DNA of 64,000 nucleotides from Patescibacteria group bacterium (GTDB lineage Bacteria; Patescibacteriota; Dojkabacteria; J137): NCBI GenBank assembly GCA_963169855.1, contig CAUJCN010000001.1, positions 17,828 to 81,827 of the forward strand, read 5' to 3'. Shown piece by piece: positions 30,062 to 39,784 of this stretch (position 1 is its first letter; each line of letters starts with the position of its first letter). The notes under the pieces were generated by a model. It saw only the letters and a program-made list of their open reading frames with translations, ran no database searches and was not told where the DNA came from. The position numbers and the translations under genes were made by a program.

Positions 30062-30523
30062 ATGCAACAATTTGTAATTGATACACAAGAATTGAAGGTC
30101 GCAGTAGATATTGTAGTAATTTCTGAACAAGGAGATGATAGGTACATTCTTCTAATAAAACGAAAATATGAGCCTTTTGCAGGGCAGTACGCTATTCCTG
30201 GAGGATTTGTTAATAATGATGAAGAATTAGAAACAGCCGCTCTAAGAGAACTTCAAGAAGAAACTGGAGTAGAGGCAGTTACTAATCTAGAACAAATAGC
30301 TACTTTTGGGAAAGTTAACAGAGACCCTAGAAAAAGAGTCATTTCGATTGTTTACCTAGCAATCATTAACGAACTACCCGAACTCTTACCTGCACCTGGT
30401 GCGGACAATGATACTACCGATGCTGTTTGGATCAGACTTGAAGATGTTCAATATCCTCTTGCTTTTGACCACGATGAAATTGTAAAGAAAGCTCTCGAAA
30501 AATACTCTCAAATTAGAAACTAA
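30062..30523 (+). CDS. NUDIX hydrolase
   Basis: Nudix box GGFVNNDEELETAALRELQEETGV (GX5EX7REUXEEXGU). 153 aa. Confidence 0.8.
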   Translation: MQQFVIDTQELKVAVDIVVISEQGDDRYILLIKRKYEPFAGQYAIPGGFVNNDEELETAALRELQEETGVEAVTNLEQIATFGKVNRDPRKRVISIVYLAIINELPELLPAPGADNDTTDAVWIRLEDVQYPLAFDHDEIVKKALEKYSQIRN

Positions 30524-30793
30524 CTTCAAATATTCCTAAAAAGGACTTTTACTTTGTAGAAGCCTTTTCTACACCATTTTCATCAAAATTTACCGATTTT
30601 TATAATTTAGACGCCTTTTGTCTAAATTCCTCCCAATATTGGACATTTACTGTCAAGAAAGAATCTCCCTTTAAAAATACAATCCTAGTAATCCTTTAAT
30701 CACAAACAAATTGAAGGGTATAGAAACCCGATGAGCTTTAAAACTTTCGGGGAGCACATTAAAAACTGAAGAGTGTTTATGAGTTACTGCTCA

Positions 30794-30808
30794 ATGTGAC
30801 AGTCACAT
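30794..30808. promoter_or_regulatory. perfect 15-bp palindrome atgtgacagtcacat in the leader of the GC-rich kinase-vWA operon (candidate operator)
   Basis: Seen directly, ~110 bp upstream of ATG 30919. Confidence 0.35.
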
Positions 30809-30918
30809 TTTGAAGATTAAGTCTTTAGAACGTGGCTGTTACACAAAACGAATGTGTCTAACGACCAAGCGTTCTGAGTAATATCCATAAACTTGTATAG
30901 CAAACGGAGGATCAAGAC

Positions 30919-31840
30919 CATGGAACTCGCCATCATTCCAGTAACGGAAGAAGGCAAAGAATCCACCCCAGCTCTACGGAGCATGGGTGCGTTCGAAGGT
31001 GCAACCGGTACCTACGAGCTTTTCACCTCGGCGGACGGCAATCCTATGGTCGCAACCGACCACTGGAAGCTGTACGTCGCCAAGTCGCCCACTGGGCAGC
31101 TTGGTCTGATGAAAATCTCCACGACCGGCAGCAACTACCTGCTCGAGGCAGAAGCGCAGAAGCTGCAGATCCTGCAGCAGATCGCCGCTGACCTCGACGC
31201 ACAGGCAACTGCGGAAGGCAAAGCCCCATTCAATTACGGGGCGTTCTTCCCGCAGGTCACCGAAGTCGTCCACACCGATGACGGTCGCGTGGCACTGATG
31301 CTCGGCTACCACGCCAGCATCGCCACCTACCGTCAACTGCTTCCCTTGGCACTCGTGCTCAAGGGACAGCGCATCGACATGAAGTCGGCGACATGGCTGT
31401 TCGGCAAGCTTCTCAAGCTGCTGAATTTCGTCCATGACGTCGGCTACACTGCTGGGTTCGTCGACATCACGAACCTCTTCATCGAGCCTGACCTCCACGG
31501 CGTGTTCGTGCTGGACTTCTCCAGCGCGAGCGAAACGCCCATGGACTCGGAGCAGATCAAAGAGGTCACCGACGCTGGACTCATCGTCTGGCACGCAGTC
31601 GGTGGTCGTGACGAGAAGACCCCTGAGCCAAACCCGCCGTTCGACGAAGACTTGATGACTCGCGATCAATACGAGACGTACAAGAGCTTCATCGCGCGCG
31701 TGGGTCGCGGCGGAAGCAAAGGGGCTGGACTGGAACACACGGCGCTTTACACGCTGTCGGATTCCATCTGGCCGAAGAAGGAAGTTGCGCCCGGCATTAT
31801 CAAGCGCGATTTCCACTCGTTCGTCACCTACGACCTGTAA
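30919..31840 (+). CDS. atypical protein-kinase-like/HipA-CtkA-like fold protein (GC-rich island 2)
   Basis: Start at ATG 30919 behind GGAGG. FVHDVGYTAGFVDITNLFIEPDLHGVFVLDFSSA resembles the catalytic-loop and DFG region of Kdo/RIO/HipA-type kinases. ~61% GC. Confidence 0.45.
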
Positions 31841-31876
31841 GACAACACAACACAAGTTCACAAGGAGATCCACAAC

Positions 31877-32986
31877 ATGGCCCGTACTTCTGATGTCGCG
31901 ACGTTCAGCAGCGAAAAACACGCCGAAACCGTCAGCAAGATGCGTGAACGCCGCGAGGCAGTTCATGCGGCTGGCGAAGACGTCTACCGTCGCACCGGCA
32001 AGCTTCACGAAAACGTGGACATCCACGGCAAGAAGCGCGTTTCGCGCAACAGCATGACCAAGAATGCCGACGGCACGTTCACCCTCAAAAACGGCGTCGC
32101 CCTCCCTATCCTGTCGCAATTCGACGGGACCGGTAGCATGGGCGGCAACGTCGAGAAAGCGTTCAATGCCATCCCGGTGTTCGATACCATGCTGGGCAGC
32201 GTCCGCACCCGGTACAACACGCAGATCGCCACCGGCGTGATGCAAGACGTCGTCGACCGCCACCCGGTTTTCCAGATGTCGCAGTTCGAAAGCGATAATC
32301 GCTTCGCCGAACAGATGCGCTATCTGGTTCCGGACAAAGGCGGCGGCGACAGCACCGAAGACTACGATCTCGGCCTTGCCTATTTGATGGGCGGCGTCGA
32401 GACCGACATCTTCAACTTCTACGGCCTCAAAGGCTATGCGTTCCTCGTGGCCGACGAGATCGGTCGCGGAAACGTCACCGCCTCAAGCGCCAAGGAGCAT
32501 CTCGGCCTCAACATGCAGAACATGTCCACCAAGGACATCTGCACGAAGATCGTTGAGCGCTGGCACCAGTTCTACATTCATGTGGGCGGTCGTGATGATC
32601 GCGCCACGGATTGGTGGAGCGATCGCCTCGGCGCCAATCGCATCGTCGTCGTCCCGGATCCCGACTTCCTCGCGGAAGTGCAGGCCGGCCTGATTTACGT
32701 GACCGAAACGTTGCAGCCCGACGAGCGCGGCTTCATCAATTTCATCACGGTCGGCGGTGCGAATCGTCGCATTTCGCCGAGCGAAGCGTCGAAGGTCTGG
32801 AAATGGCTGCAAAGCGTCCAGACGCTCTTCGGTGCGCAGGCGAAGCTTCCGAACTTCAACTCCATCCCGATGCCGGGCAGCATCTTCGCGGACTATCGGG
32901 ATCGTCTGCCCAGTGGCGTCACCTCGACCAGCATCACGAAACCGGAAACCGGACTCGCGAAGAAATTCGACTGGTCGAACTTCTAA
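31877..32986 (+). CDS. von Willebrand factor A (vWA) domain protein with MIDAS motif
   Basis: LSQFDGTGSMGG (DxTGS MIDAS) about 90 aa from the N-terminus. RBS AAGGAG. 369 aa. GC-rich. Confidence 0.55.
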   Translation: MARTSDVATFSSEKHAETVSKMRERREAVHAAGEDVYRRTGKLHENVDIHGKKRVSRNSMTKNADGTFTLKNGVALPILSQFDGTGSMGGNVEKAFNAIPVFDTMLGSVRTRYNTQIATGVMQDVVDRHPVFQMSQFESDNRFAEQMRYLVPDKGGGDSTEDYDLGLAYLMGGVETDIFNFYGLKGYAFLVADEIGRGNVTASSAKEHLGLNMQNMSTKDICTKIVERWHQFYIHVGGRDDRATDWWSDRLGANRIVVVPDPDFLAEVQAGLIYVTETLQPDERGFINFITVGGANRRISPSEASKVWKWLQSVQTLFGAQAKLPNFNSIPMPGSIFADYRDRLPSGVTSTSITKPETGLAKKFDWSNF

Positions 32987-33013
32987 CCTAAGCTATACAA
33001 ACTCTCCAGGAAT

Positions 33014-33037
33014 GGTGCGGGTATAGACTCCCGCACC
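33014..33037. terminator. hairpin ggtgcggg-tatagact-cccgcacc closing GC-rich island 2
   Basis: 8-bp GC stem immediately after the vWA stop. Weak T-tract. Confidence 0.45.
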
Positions 33038-33101
33038 ACCTCTTTCGATGTGTGTCGAAACTGACGAGTCCAAAAGGACGAAAGGAAATTATTAAATAAC
33101 T

Positions 33102-34544
33102 ATGAACGAAACAAATAAACAAAAAGCATTTATTTTAGCCGGACTTGGAATCGGAGAAGAAACTAAAGGTGCTGCTGTTCAGTGGCTTTGTGAAATTCTT
33201 AAAGCAAATCGAGTTTTGAGATCAGGAGGTTCACAAGCTGGTCATCATATTATTACTGAGGATGGAAGAGAGCAGATGTTCAGCCATTTTGGTTGTGGAA
33301 CTTTTAACGGCGTTCCTACTCATCTTAAACACATGGTTATTAATCCAGCAGACTTATTTACTGAAGCTTTAGAACTCGAAGAAAAAGGAGTAGCAAATCC
33401 ATTCGACATGATTACGATAAGTGATGATTGTCTGACAGTAACTCCTTTCCATGGAGCTATGAGTAGATTAAAAGAAGTACTTAGAGAAAACAAAAAAGGA
33501 ACCATCGGAAAAGGAGTAGGAGACGCTGTGACAGAATCTAAAAATCATCCTGAACTTTCGATTTATGCTAGAGATTTTAAATTTCCAATTTCAAAAATTG
33601 AAGAAAAAGTTGAAGCAATTCGCCAACAGAAAATCAAAGAAGCTAATGCACTCATTCAGACATTAGGAATTGAAGAACTTTCTGACGAAGCTTTTGCAGA
33701 AATGAAAATCTTACACAACTCTAGTTTAGTTTCTACAATTGCAGAATCATTTAGTATACTTTCGGAACTTGTGAGAATAGTAGACCAAGATTATTTAGCA
33801 GATATTCTTGAAAATGATCAAACAATTGTAGGAGAACCTTCTCATGGAGCATTACTCCATCCTTGGTACGGATTTATTCCACATACTACTCAAATTGATC
33901 CTACTGCTCAAGATGTTTTAAATACTCTTCAAGAATGTACTTATCCAGGAAGAGTTATTCGACTTGGAGTTTCGAGATGTTATATGACAAGACACGGAGC
34001 TGGCCCATTAGTTTCTTTCAATAGAGAATTAACTGATCAAATTGAAGAAACTCACAATAATGCTGGTAACGATTGGCTTGGAGAATTCAGAAATGGAAAC
34101 TACGATGTTGTTGCAATGAAGTATGCACTTGCTGTTAGCGGAGGAATAAATTCATTTGATGGATTAGTAATTAGTTACTTGGATATTCTTGAAAAATTTA
34201 ATGAATGGCAAATCTGTGTTGGATACAAATGCGATTCTTCAGAAAATCTAGAAGATTTTTTTGAGATCAGTGATGGTGTAATTACTGGAATAAAAGTACA
34301 TCCAAATACTCAAGATGAAAAACATTATTCGCATCAAGTTAGGCTAACTGAATTACTTAAACAATGTGTTCCAGTACTAACAACAATAAAAGCAACCGAT
34401 GAAAAAACTCTTGAAGAAGTTTATTTAGACTTTGTAGAAGAAAATTTAAAAGTTCCAGTTGTTGCATTAGCAAGAGGACCTAAATCAACTGACAGAGAAA
34501 TCCGAAAAGGATGGGAATATTTATTTTATCCAACAGAAGCCTAA
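33102..34544 (+). CDS. adenylosuccinate-synthetase-like (PurA paralog) protein with degenerate GTP/IMP site
   Basis: Collinear with PurA: GDEGKGK is replaced by GEETKGA, GGHNAGH by GGSQAGH, TTGRGIGP by KGTIGKGVG, GAQG by PSHG, and the GTTGRRRR motif is absent. 480 aa. Confidence 0.55.
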   Translation: MNETNKQKAFILAGLGIGEETKGAAVQWLCEILKANRVLRSGGSQAGHHIITEDGREQMFSHFGCGTFNGVPTHLKHMVINPADLFTEALELEEKGVANPFDMITISDDCLTVTPFHGAMSRLKEVLRENKKGTIGKGVGDAVTESKNHPELSIYARDFKFPISKIEEKVEAIRQQKIKEANALIQTLGIEELSDEAFAEMKILHNSSLVSTIAESFSILSELVRIVDQDYLADILENDQTIVGEPSHGALLHPWYGFIPHTTQIDPTAQDVLNTLQECTYPGRVIRLGVSRCYMTRHGAGPLVSFNRELTDQIEETHNNAGNDWLGEFRNGNYDVVAMKYALAVSGGINSFDGLVISYLDILEKFNEWQICVGYKCDSSENLEDFFEISDGVITGIKVHPNTQDEKHYSHQVRLTELLKQCVPVLTTIKATDEKTLEEVYLDFVEENLKVPVVALARGPKSTDREIRKGWEYLFYPTEA

Positions 34545-36265
34545 TGACCGAACTTTTATATCAAAAAAATGTTGCAAAAGAAGTAATACTTCCATTTAAC
34601 ATTAATAATCCCGAGCAAAGCTTTCCTTTAAGATTTCGAGACAATCCAAAACTTCAAGAATTAATAATACAAAGAAATAATTTAGAAAAATCTCTTACAG
34701 ATTTTTTTGATAAAGTTGATCCACATATAAATGTTTCTGACGCACTCAAAGCTGAATTCGTTACAGAAGTGGAACTAATAGAAATTTATCAAGAATTACA
34801 AGAATTTTTAACTGCAGAACCAAACAATTTAAGGTTGATTCTATACGTCCCTTTGAATTTACTAGCAGACTCACAAAACTTTGGAGGTGTGTTGAAAAAA
34901 GTTTATTCAGAATTTATTAATGTATTTAGAAATGCTTGGTTAAACTGTCTGGGAGAAAGTGATGTTAGAGCAAGCTTTATTGATGGTGACGTTGGTGAAG
35001 ATGGAATGATAGAACCAGAAAGGATCAGAAAGGCTGCACACTTAATTCCATTTCTTGTCAGTAAATCAATAGTTACGATTGAAGAAATATATTATCTAAT
35101 TGAGATTTCGGAGGAAACAGAACTAGCAAAATCTTTACAGGAAGGTCTTTCATCGTTAACAGTTTTAAAAGAACAATCCGATTCAAAATTTGAGATTTTT
35201 GGAAATCTTGATCAGCTAGTTTTAAAGTTTATTGAAGAACTTGATTCAATTTCAATCGAAAGAAATTTTTCTGAGAAAAGAGCGAATTGGTTAATGGAAG
35301 TTTCAATTGATGGAATTATTAAAAAATTTAGTAACTTAATAATTCAAAATAACTTTGTAGGAGATATCTTCTTTAGCGAAAATTCAGCTTCGCAAGTTAA
35401 CAGTCTCTTCTTAACAGCAATTTTCGAAAATGCAGAAAAGACAAAACACACTTCTGAACAAGATACTGAATTTATTAAAAAGATTTCTCAATTCAACGAG
35501 TTTAGAAATCTTATAAAATCAGGATTAAATAAACTTGCAAAACTTCGATTAGTTTCAGTAGATCTGCTCAACGAATTAAGTATAGAATTAGTTGACCTTT
35601 CCAATCAAAGTTTAAACTCGGTTGAAAGAGAGGTATCGGATTTGAGTGGAGCATTAGAATCTATTAGAAACAATCCTATTTTAAACAAAAATCTGTTTGA
35701 TCAAGTTTTACTTTTTGGATCTAAAGTTAAAGGTTATTCAGATAACAACTCAGATTCAGATGTAGTTATATTTTTTAGACCAGAAGCAAAATTTGAAGAA
35801 AGAGAAATTGTACTCGATTTACTAAAAACAATTCCTCAATTTGCTGACATAGATAAAATCTTAGAATATTGGATCGATGTTGATTCAAATGGTTATAAAT
35901 TCAAAAGCATTCCTCACAAGAAAACGATGATTGGAGCGCAAGAAATTCATATTTTGTTTGGAAGTGTTTGGATTGGAAGTAATTTTAAATTAAGAGAAGA
36001 TTTATTCTCGAAGTATCTTGATCTTTCACGATGTGGAGAGAATAGGGAATCAATAAGAACTCATTTACTAAGACAACTCGAACTTGATGTTGTTCAATTT
36101 AGATTAATGCATAAAGGCTATAGAAGATTTAACCCTACCATAAAAATTTCTCCACCAAATAATCCAAGCCGTATCGATTGGTATAGTGATTTTTGGGACG
36201 AAGGTTACAGAAGAACTGCAACCTTGCTATTCTTAAAGAAAGTTTTCCTTCCAGATTTAGCATAA
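34544..36265 (+). CDS. large protein containing a Pol-beta-superfamily nucleotidyltransferase motif
   Basis: Start ATG 34544 overlaps the PurA-like stop (TAATG). LLFGSKVKGYSDNNSDSDVVIFF matches the hG[GS]x9-13DhD NTase signature around residue 395. About 573 aa. Confidence 0.5.
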   Translation: MTELLYQKNVAKEVILPFNINNPEQSFPLRFRDNPKLQELIIQRNNLEKSLTDFFDKVDPHINVSDALKAEFVTEVELIEIYQELQEFLTAEPNNLRLILYVPLNLLADSQNFGGVLKKVYSEFINVFRNAWLNCLGESDVRASFIDGDVGEDGMIEPERIRKAAHLIPFLVSKSIVTIEEIYYLIEISEETELAKSLQEGLSSLTVLKEQSDSKFEIFGNLDQLVLKFIEELDSISIERNFSEKRANWLMEVSIDGIIKKFSNLIIQNNFVGDIFFSENSASQVNSLFLTAIFENAEKTKHTSEQDTEFIKKISQFNEFRNLIKSGLNKLAKLRLVSVDLLNELSIELVDLSNQSLNSVEREVSDLSGALESIRNNPILNKNLFDQVLLFGSKVKGYSDNNSDSDVVIFFRPEAKFEEREIVLDLLKTIPQFADIDKILEYWIDVDSNGYKFKSIPHKKTMIGAQEIHILFGSVWIGSNFKLREDLFSKYLDLSRCGENRESIRTHLLRQLELDVVQFRLMHKGYRRFNPTIKISPPNNPSRIDWYSDFWDEGYRRTATLLFLKKVFLPDLA

Positions 36266-36294
36266 TGTCAGGCACCGAAGTGCCGAACAAAACT

Positions 36295-36900
36295 CTAGAA
36301 TCCTAATTGCTCTTTTACTAAAACAATATGAATTCTCTCAGGAACAATTTCTCTACTTATTATTGCAAGTTTGCTTACAAAACTTCCTTCAACACCATAA
36401 GCCTTGTGTGCTCTGTCACTTTCGAGTGGGAGTACGTGATCGTAAACTCTTTTCTTAGCTTCTTCCAAATCTTTAACAATTTTCTGAGTACTGACTACAA
36501 AAATAACTTTCGTTGCTCCATAAAGATAGGCACCTAATTGACTTCCAGTATTTGATGCAATCATAAGTTCTCCGTTTTGGGTTAAAGCATGGACACTTCC
36601 TACAGCATAATCAGCTGCATATCCTACAACTTTCTTATCAAAATCACTAACTCCGTCTGAAAACAATCTATTTCTTCCTGCATCGTACTTTCCAGAAGTA
36701 TTAATTAACTCACTAATTCCTGTTTGATCTAAAGTAACTGAAGTCATCTGCATTACATTGCTGCCTTCAGCCAACATTCTTTCAACAGAATCTTTTGCAT
36801 CAGACGATTTTTCGACAACATGAACAACAAATCCATTCTTCTCTAAAGATTTGACTGTATCTTCTAAAACTTGGTCGTTAGGTAAATCTGTATAACTCAT
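36295..36900 (-). CDS. LUD-domain (LutC/YkgG-like, DUF162) protein
   Basis: 201 aa. Overall pattern resembles LutC-like proteins. Moderate similarity only. Confidence 0.45.
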   Translation of the reverse strand: MSYTDLPNDQVLEDTVKSLEKNGFVVHVVEKSSDAKDSVERMLAEGSNVMQMTSVTLDQTGISELINTSGKYDAGRNRLFSDGVSDFDKKVVGYAADYAVGSVHALTQNGELMIASNTGSQLGAYLYGATKVIFVVSTQKIVKDLEEAKKRVYDHVLPLESDRAHKAYGVEGSFVSKLAIISREIVPERIHIVLVKEQLGF

Positions 36901-36995
36901 AAAAGTTTATTAAAAATTAACTATCAATAGTAACAGTCATGATGCTAAAATAACAAGAACTTACTAATTAGTTAGATACTATCTAAAAAGAAACT

Positions 36996-37316
36996 ATGAA
37001 GAAATGTTTAAGCAGCAATCCAGTTAATACTACGCTCGAAGTTATAGGAGGCAAGTGGAAGCCCCTTATTCTATGGCTTTTATCTGAGAAGACCTTAAGA
37101 TTCGGAGAACTTAACAAAGAACTTCCTGGAGTAACTCAAAAAATGCTAACTCAACAGTTAAGAGAACTTGAACACGATAGGTTGATCGAACGAAAGGTTT
37201 ACCCAGTTGTTCCTCCAAAAGTGGAGTATAATATTACTAATTATGGAAAAACTCTTCAGCCATTACTAAAATCAATGGCTAAGTGGGGTGAAATTCATAA
37301 GGCAACACAGTTATAA
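36996..37316 (+). CDS. HxlR-family winged-helix transcriptional regulator
   Basis: TLEVIGGKWKPLILWLL...RFGEL...LTQQLRELEHDRLIER is the canonical HxlR signature. 106 aa. Confidence 0.8.
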   Translation: MKKCLSSNPVNTTLEVIGGKWKPLILWLLSEKTLRFGELNKELPGVTQKMLTQQLRELEHDRLIERKVYPVVPPKVEYNITNYGKTLQPLLKSMAKWGEIHKATQL

Positions 37317-37335
37317 TATTTTTTAACTTTCAAAA

Positions 37336-37632
37336 ATGAGTAACGACGACACTAACCCTCAAGCCGATGTGGATACAGATGTAGATTTATTAGAAACCAC
37401 AGACAATACAGACACTTTCGCTGGACTACACAAAGATGCGCAGACAGGAACAGACATGGACGAAGAAACTTTACCTCAAGATTTAGAGGATGATGAAGAT
37501 GGAGACAATCCTTTAGATACAGACAGCGGAATGGAGGATGTTGATCAACCAACACAAAATAGCCAGCCTCGAGATTTAAACGAAGAGCTAGAAACTGATT
37601 TAGATGAAGACGATGGAGTAGAAGTTGCATAA
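37336..37632 (+). CDS. highly acidic (Asp/Glu/Thr-rich) disordered small protein
   Basis: 98 aa, very low pI by composition. Lies between the HxlR and tsaC-like genes. Confidence 0.4.
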   Translation: MSNDDTNPQADVDTDVDLLETTDNTDTFAGLHKDAQTGTDMDEETLPQDLEDDEDGDNPLDTDSGMEDVDQPTQNSQPRDLNEELETDLDEDDGVEVA

Positions 37633-37637
37633 TTTTA

Positions 37638-38294
37638 ATGAATAAACTGATAAAGCTATCACAAGACAATCTGGAGCAAAGCGTGAGCCTAGCTTCAGAT
37701 TTTTTAAACAATAATGGAGTAATAGCAGTGCCTACTGATACTATCTATGGGTTAGCTTGCTTAGTAAATAGCAATAAAGCACTTGAAAGAATTTACGAAA
37801 TCAAAAAAAGAGATTCGACAAAACCTCTGGCAATTGCAGTGAGCGATGTTTCGGAGATTTACCACGTTGCAGAAGTTACAGTTGCCAAAGAAATTTTAGA
37901 AGACTTACTACCAGGAAAAGTAACTTTAATTTTCAAAAGAAAACATTCTTTGAATTCTGAACTTAACCCACAAACAGATTTGATAGGGGTTAGAATCCCT
38001 GACTCTGAGTTTGTTCGTGAACTAAGTAGGAAAGTTGGACCACTTGCTTTAACGAGTGCCAATATGAGTTCACAACAAAGTACAATTCAAGTAGAAGAAT
38101 TTCAGGAGTTGTGGATAAAGTTATCTGCAGTCTTTGACGGAGGAAGTTTAGAAGAAAACGACCCTGGAAGACTTGGCTCGACAGTAGTAGATCTTTCAAA
38201 CCAGGGTTTTTACAAAATACTTAGAGACGGTTGTGCCAAGGAATCAACCATCTCGACACTTCAATCTTACGGACTAGCCCAGCTCAGCAAGTGA
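37638..38294 (+). CDS. tsaC: L-threonylcarbamoyladenylate synthase (YrdC/TsaC family)
   Basis: VIAVPTDTIYGLAC, KKRDSTKPLAIAV, LTSANMS: YrdC-domain motifs. 218 aa. Confidence 0.8.
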   Translation: MNKLIKLSQDNLEQSVSLASDFLNNNGVIAVPTDTIYGLACLVNSNKALERIYEIKKRDSTKPLAIAVSDVSEIYHVAEVTVAKEILEDLLPGKVTLIFKRKHSLNSELNPQTDLIGVRIPDSEFVRELSRKVGPLALTSANMSSQQSTIQVEEFQELWIKLSAVFDGGSLEENDPGRLGSTVVDLSNQGFYKILRDGCAKESTISTLQSYGLAQLSK

Positions 38295-38459
38295 TATATC
38301 TACTATATATGCTATAATATAGCATGGATATGGATTTTATAGATTCTGACAAAAGAGATACTTGGTACGACAATCTTTCAAACCTAGCCCAATCTGAGTT
38401 TCGAAATCAGGATAGCTGAAATAGTTCATCTAGCAAGAAGATACGGAGAATTCTATTTT

Positions 38460-38660
38460 ATGCTTCTTGATAGCAAAGCACCATTTTACAAAGGACTCAA
38501 AAATCCTTTAGCACAATGGGTAGTTTTAAATGCAGCTGAGGAAGCTATTGCGGAATTAGGAATCCCAATTTCTAAATCCCTACATAACTCCAAAACTAGT
38601 GAAAGCTTTTTACCGGTTGAGAAAAAAGAGGATGGAGTTGAGCAAGTAACCGAGCAATAA
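38460..38660 (+). CDS. small hypothetical protein
   Basis: 66-aa ORF immediately followed by a strong terminator hairpin. Confidence 0.3.
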   Translation: MLLDSKAPFYKGLKNPLAQWVVLNAAEEAIAELGIPISKSLHNSKTSESFLPVEKKEDGVEQVTEQ

Positions 38661-38661
38661 G

Positions 38662-38686
38662 AAACGCCGGTAACCCGGCGTTTTAT
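38662..38686. terminator. rho-independent terminator aaacgccgg-taac-ccggcgttt + T-tract (bidirectional)
   Basis: Perfect 9-bp stem, sited between convergent genes. Confidence 0.6.
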
Positions 38687-38699
38687 TCCAATTCAAATT

Positions 38700-39290
38700 C
38701 TATTTAGACTGACTGTTATTTATTACAACTCCTAGCACAGTCACTGCCACAAATCCAAGAGTTACAACAATACAATTAGTAACTAACTGCTGAACGCTTA
38801 ACACACTCGCGTCTATAAACGGATAAGGATACCAATTCACGATAGAACCTCTTATCAATGAATAAACCAAATAGCCAATTGGGTAAAGTAACCAAGCAAA
38901 AGCTAAACTCCACCTTAAAGTTCTTTTTTCTAAGAAAAGCAACCAACTTATTACATACAATAGAGGAGTAACATAATGCAGTAGAGCATCTGCAACAAAT
39001 TCTAATCCTTGCGGACTCCAAATACTTGCAAGAACAAATGTATAGACAAGTCCAGTTATAGCAATGTTGACCATAGCGCCAAATTGGAAAAGTTGTTCCC
39101 ATTTACTAAAGCTATTCTTCTTGAAAAGTAAGTATGTACAGAACAATGCAACAATAACGTTACTTTGTATTGTGAAGAAACTGAATATATTTACAATATT
39201 AAAATCAGGCTTTTGACTTGCAACATAAGTAATTAGAATTAAGCCAAGCCAAGCAGAAGCAGCGGTGATGAGCAAAGCAAGTTTTTTCAT
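38700..39290 (-). CDS. polytopic integral membrane protein of unknown function
   Basis: 196 aa, about 6 hydrophobic segments. Confidence 0.5.
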   Translation of the reverse strand: MKKLALLITAASAWLGLILITYVASQKPDFNIVNIFSFFTIQSNVIVALFCTYLLFKKNSFSKWEQLFQFGAMVNIAITGLVYTFVLASIWSPQGLEFVADALLHYVTPLLYVISWLLFLEKRTLRWSLAFAWLLYPIGYLVYSLIRGSIVNWYPYPFIDASVLSVQQLVTNCIVVTLGFVAVTVLGVVINNSQSK

Positions 39291-39345
39291 AGAAATGAGT
39301 TAACTACTAAAATATTAGTAGATATTAAAGTGAAAGTCTAGGAAG

Positions 39346-39726
39346 TTATTCCGCAGAAATCTCTTTAGGTTCTTCTTTCGAATCTTCAAGATGAGTATCT
39401 TTGAAATTTGATGTTCTCTTTAGTCCGTATCCCAAAACTCTATCGATACTTGAGTGCGCGAACAGAATGATTCCCACAAAAATGAAAGTTGGAATACTAA
39501 AGTACAGTCCTAACATTATGAATAGGCAAGCAATTCCTTTGTGATGAAGTAAATTGTAAGTTATGGCACCAACTCGGTTACTTGCTAAGTATCCCAACAT
39601 TCCTATGTCAGGTGTAAATAATAGAATCAGAAATGCGATCCAATCACCACCGATTCCTACAAAAGCCATAAAGCTAAGTGCAAACATTCCAAGTTCTTCT
39701 AGTTTTAAAGATATTTTCATGAACAT
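39346..39726 (-). CDS. small integral membrane protein
   Basis: 126 aa, 3-4 TM segments. Confidence 0.45.
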   Translation of the reverse strand: MFMKISLKLEELGMFALSFMAFVGIGGDWIAFLILLFTPDIGMLGYLASNRVGAITYNLLHHKGIACLFIMLGLYFSIPTFIFVGIILFAHSSIDRVLGYGLKRTSNFKDTHLEDSKEEPKEISAE

Positions 39727-39784
39727 AATTCTGCTATAAAGTTTAATTTACTAATAATAGCATTTTAGACTATAATCGAAACAA

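Noticed and set aside
30974-32263. Long antisense ORFs inside the GC-rich islands (e.g. 30974..32263 -, 3316..3810 -, 32483..32991 region)
   Set aside because: High GC depletes stop codons so long spurious ORFs arise. The sense-strand genes have RBSs and recognisable domains (kinase-like core, vWA MIDAS); the antisense ORFs are Arg/Ala-rich low-complexity.
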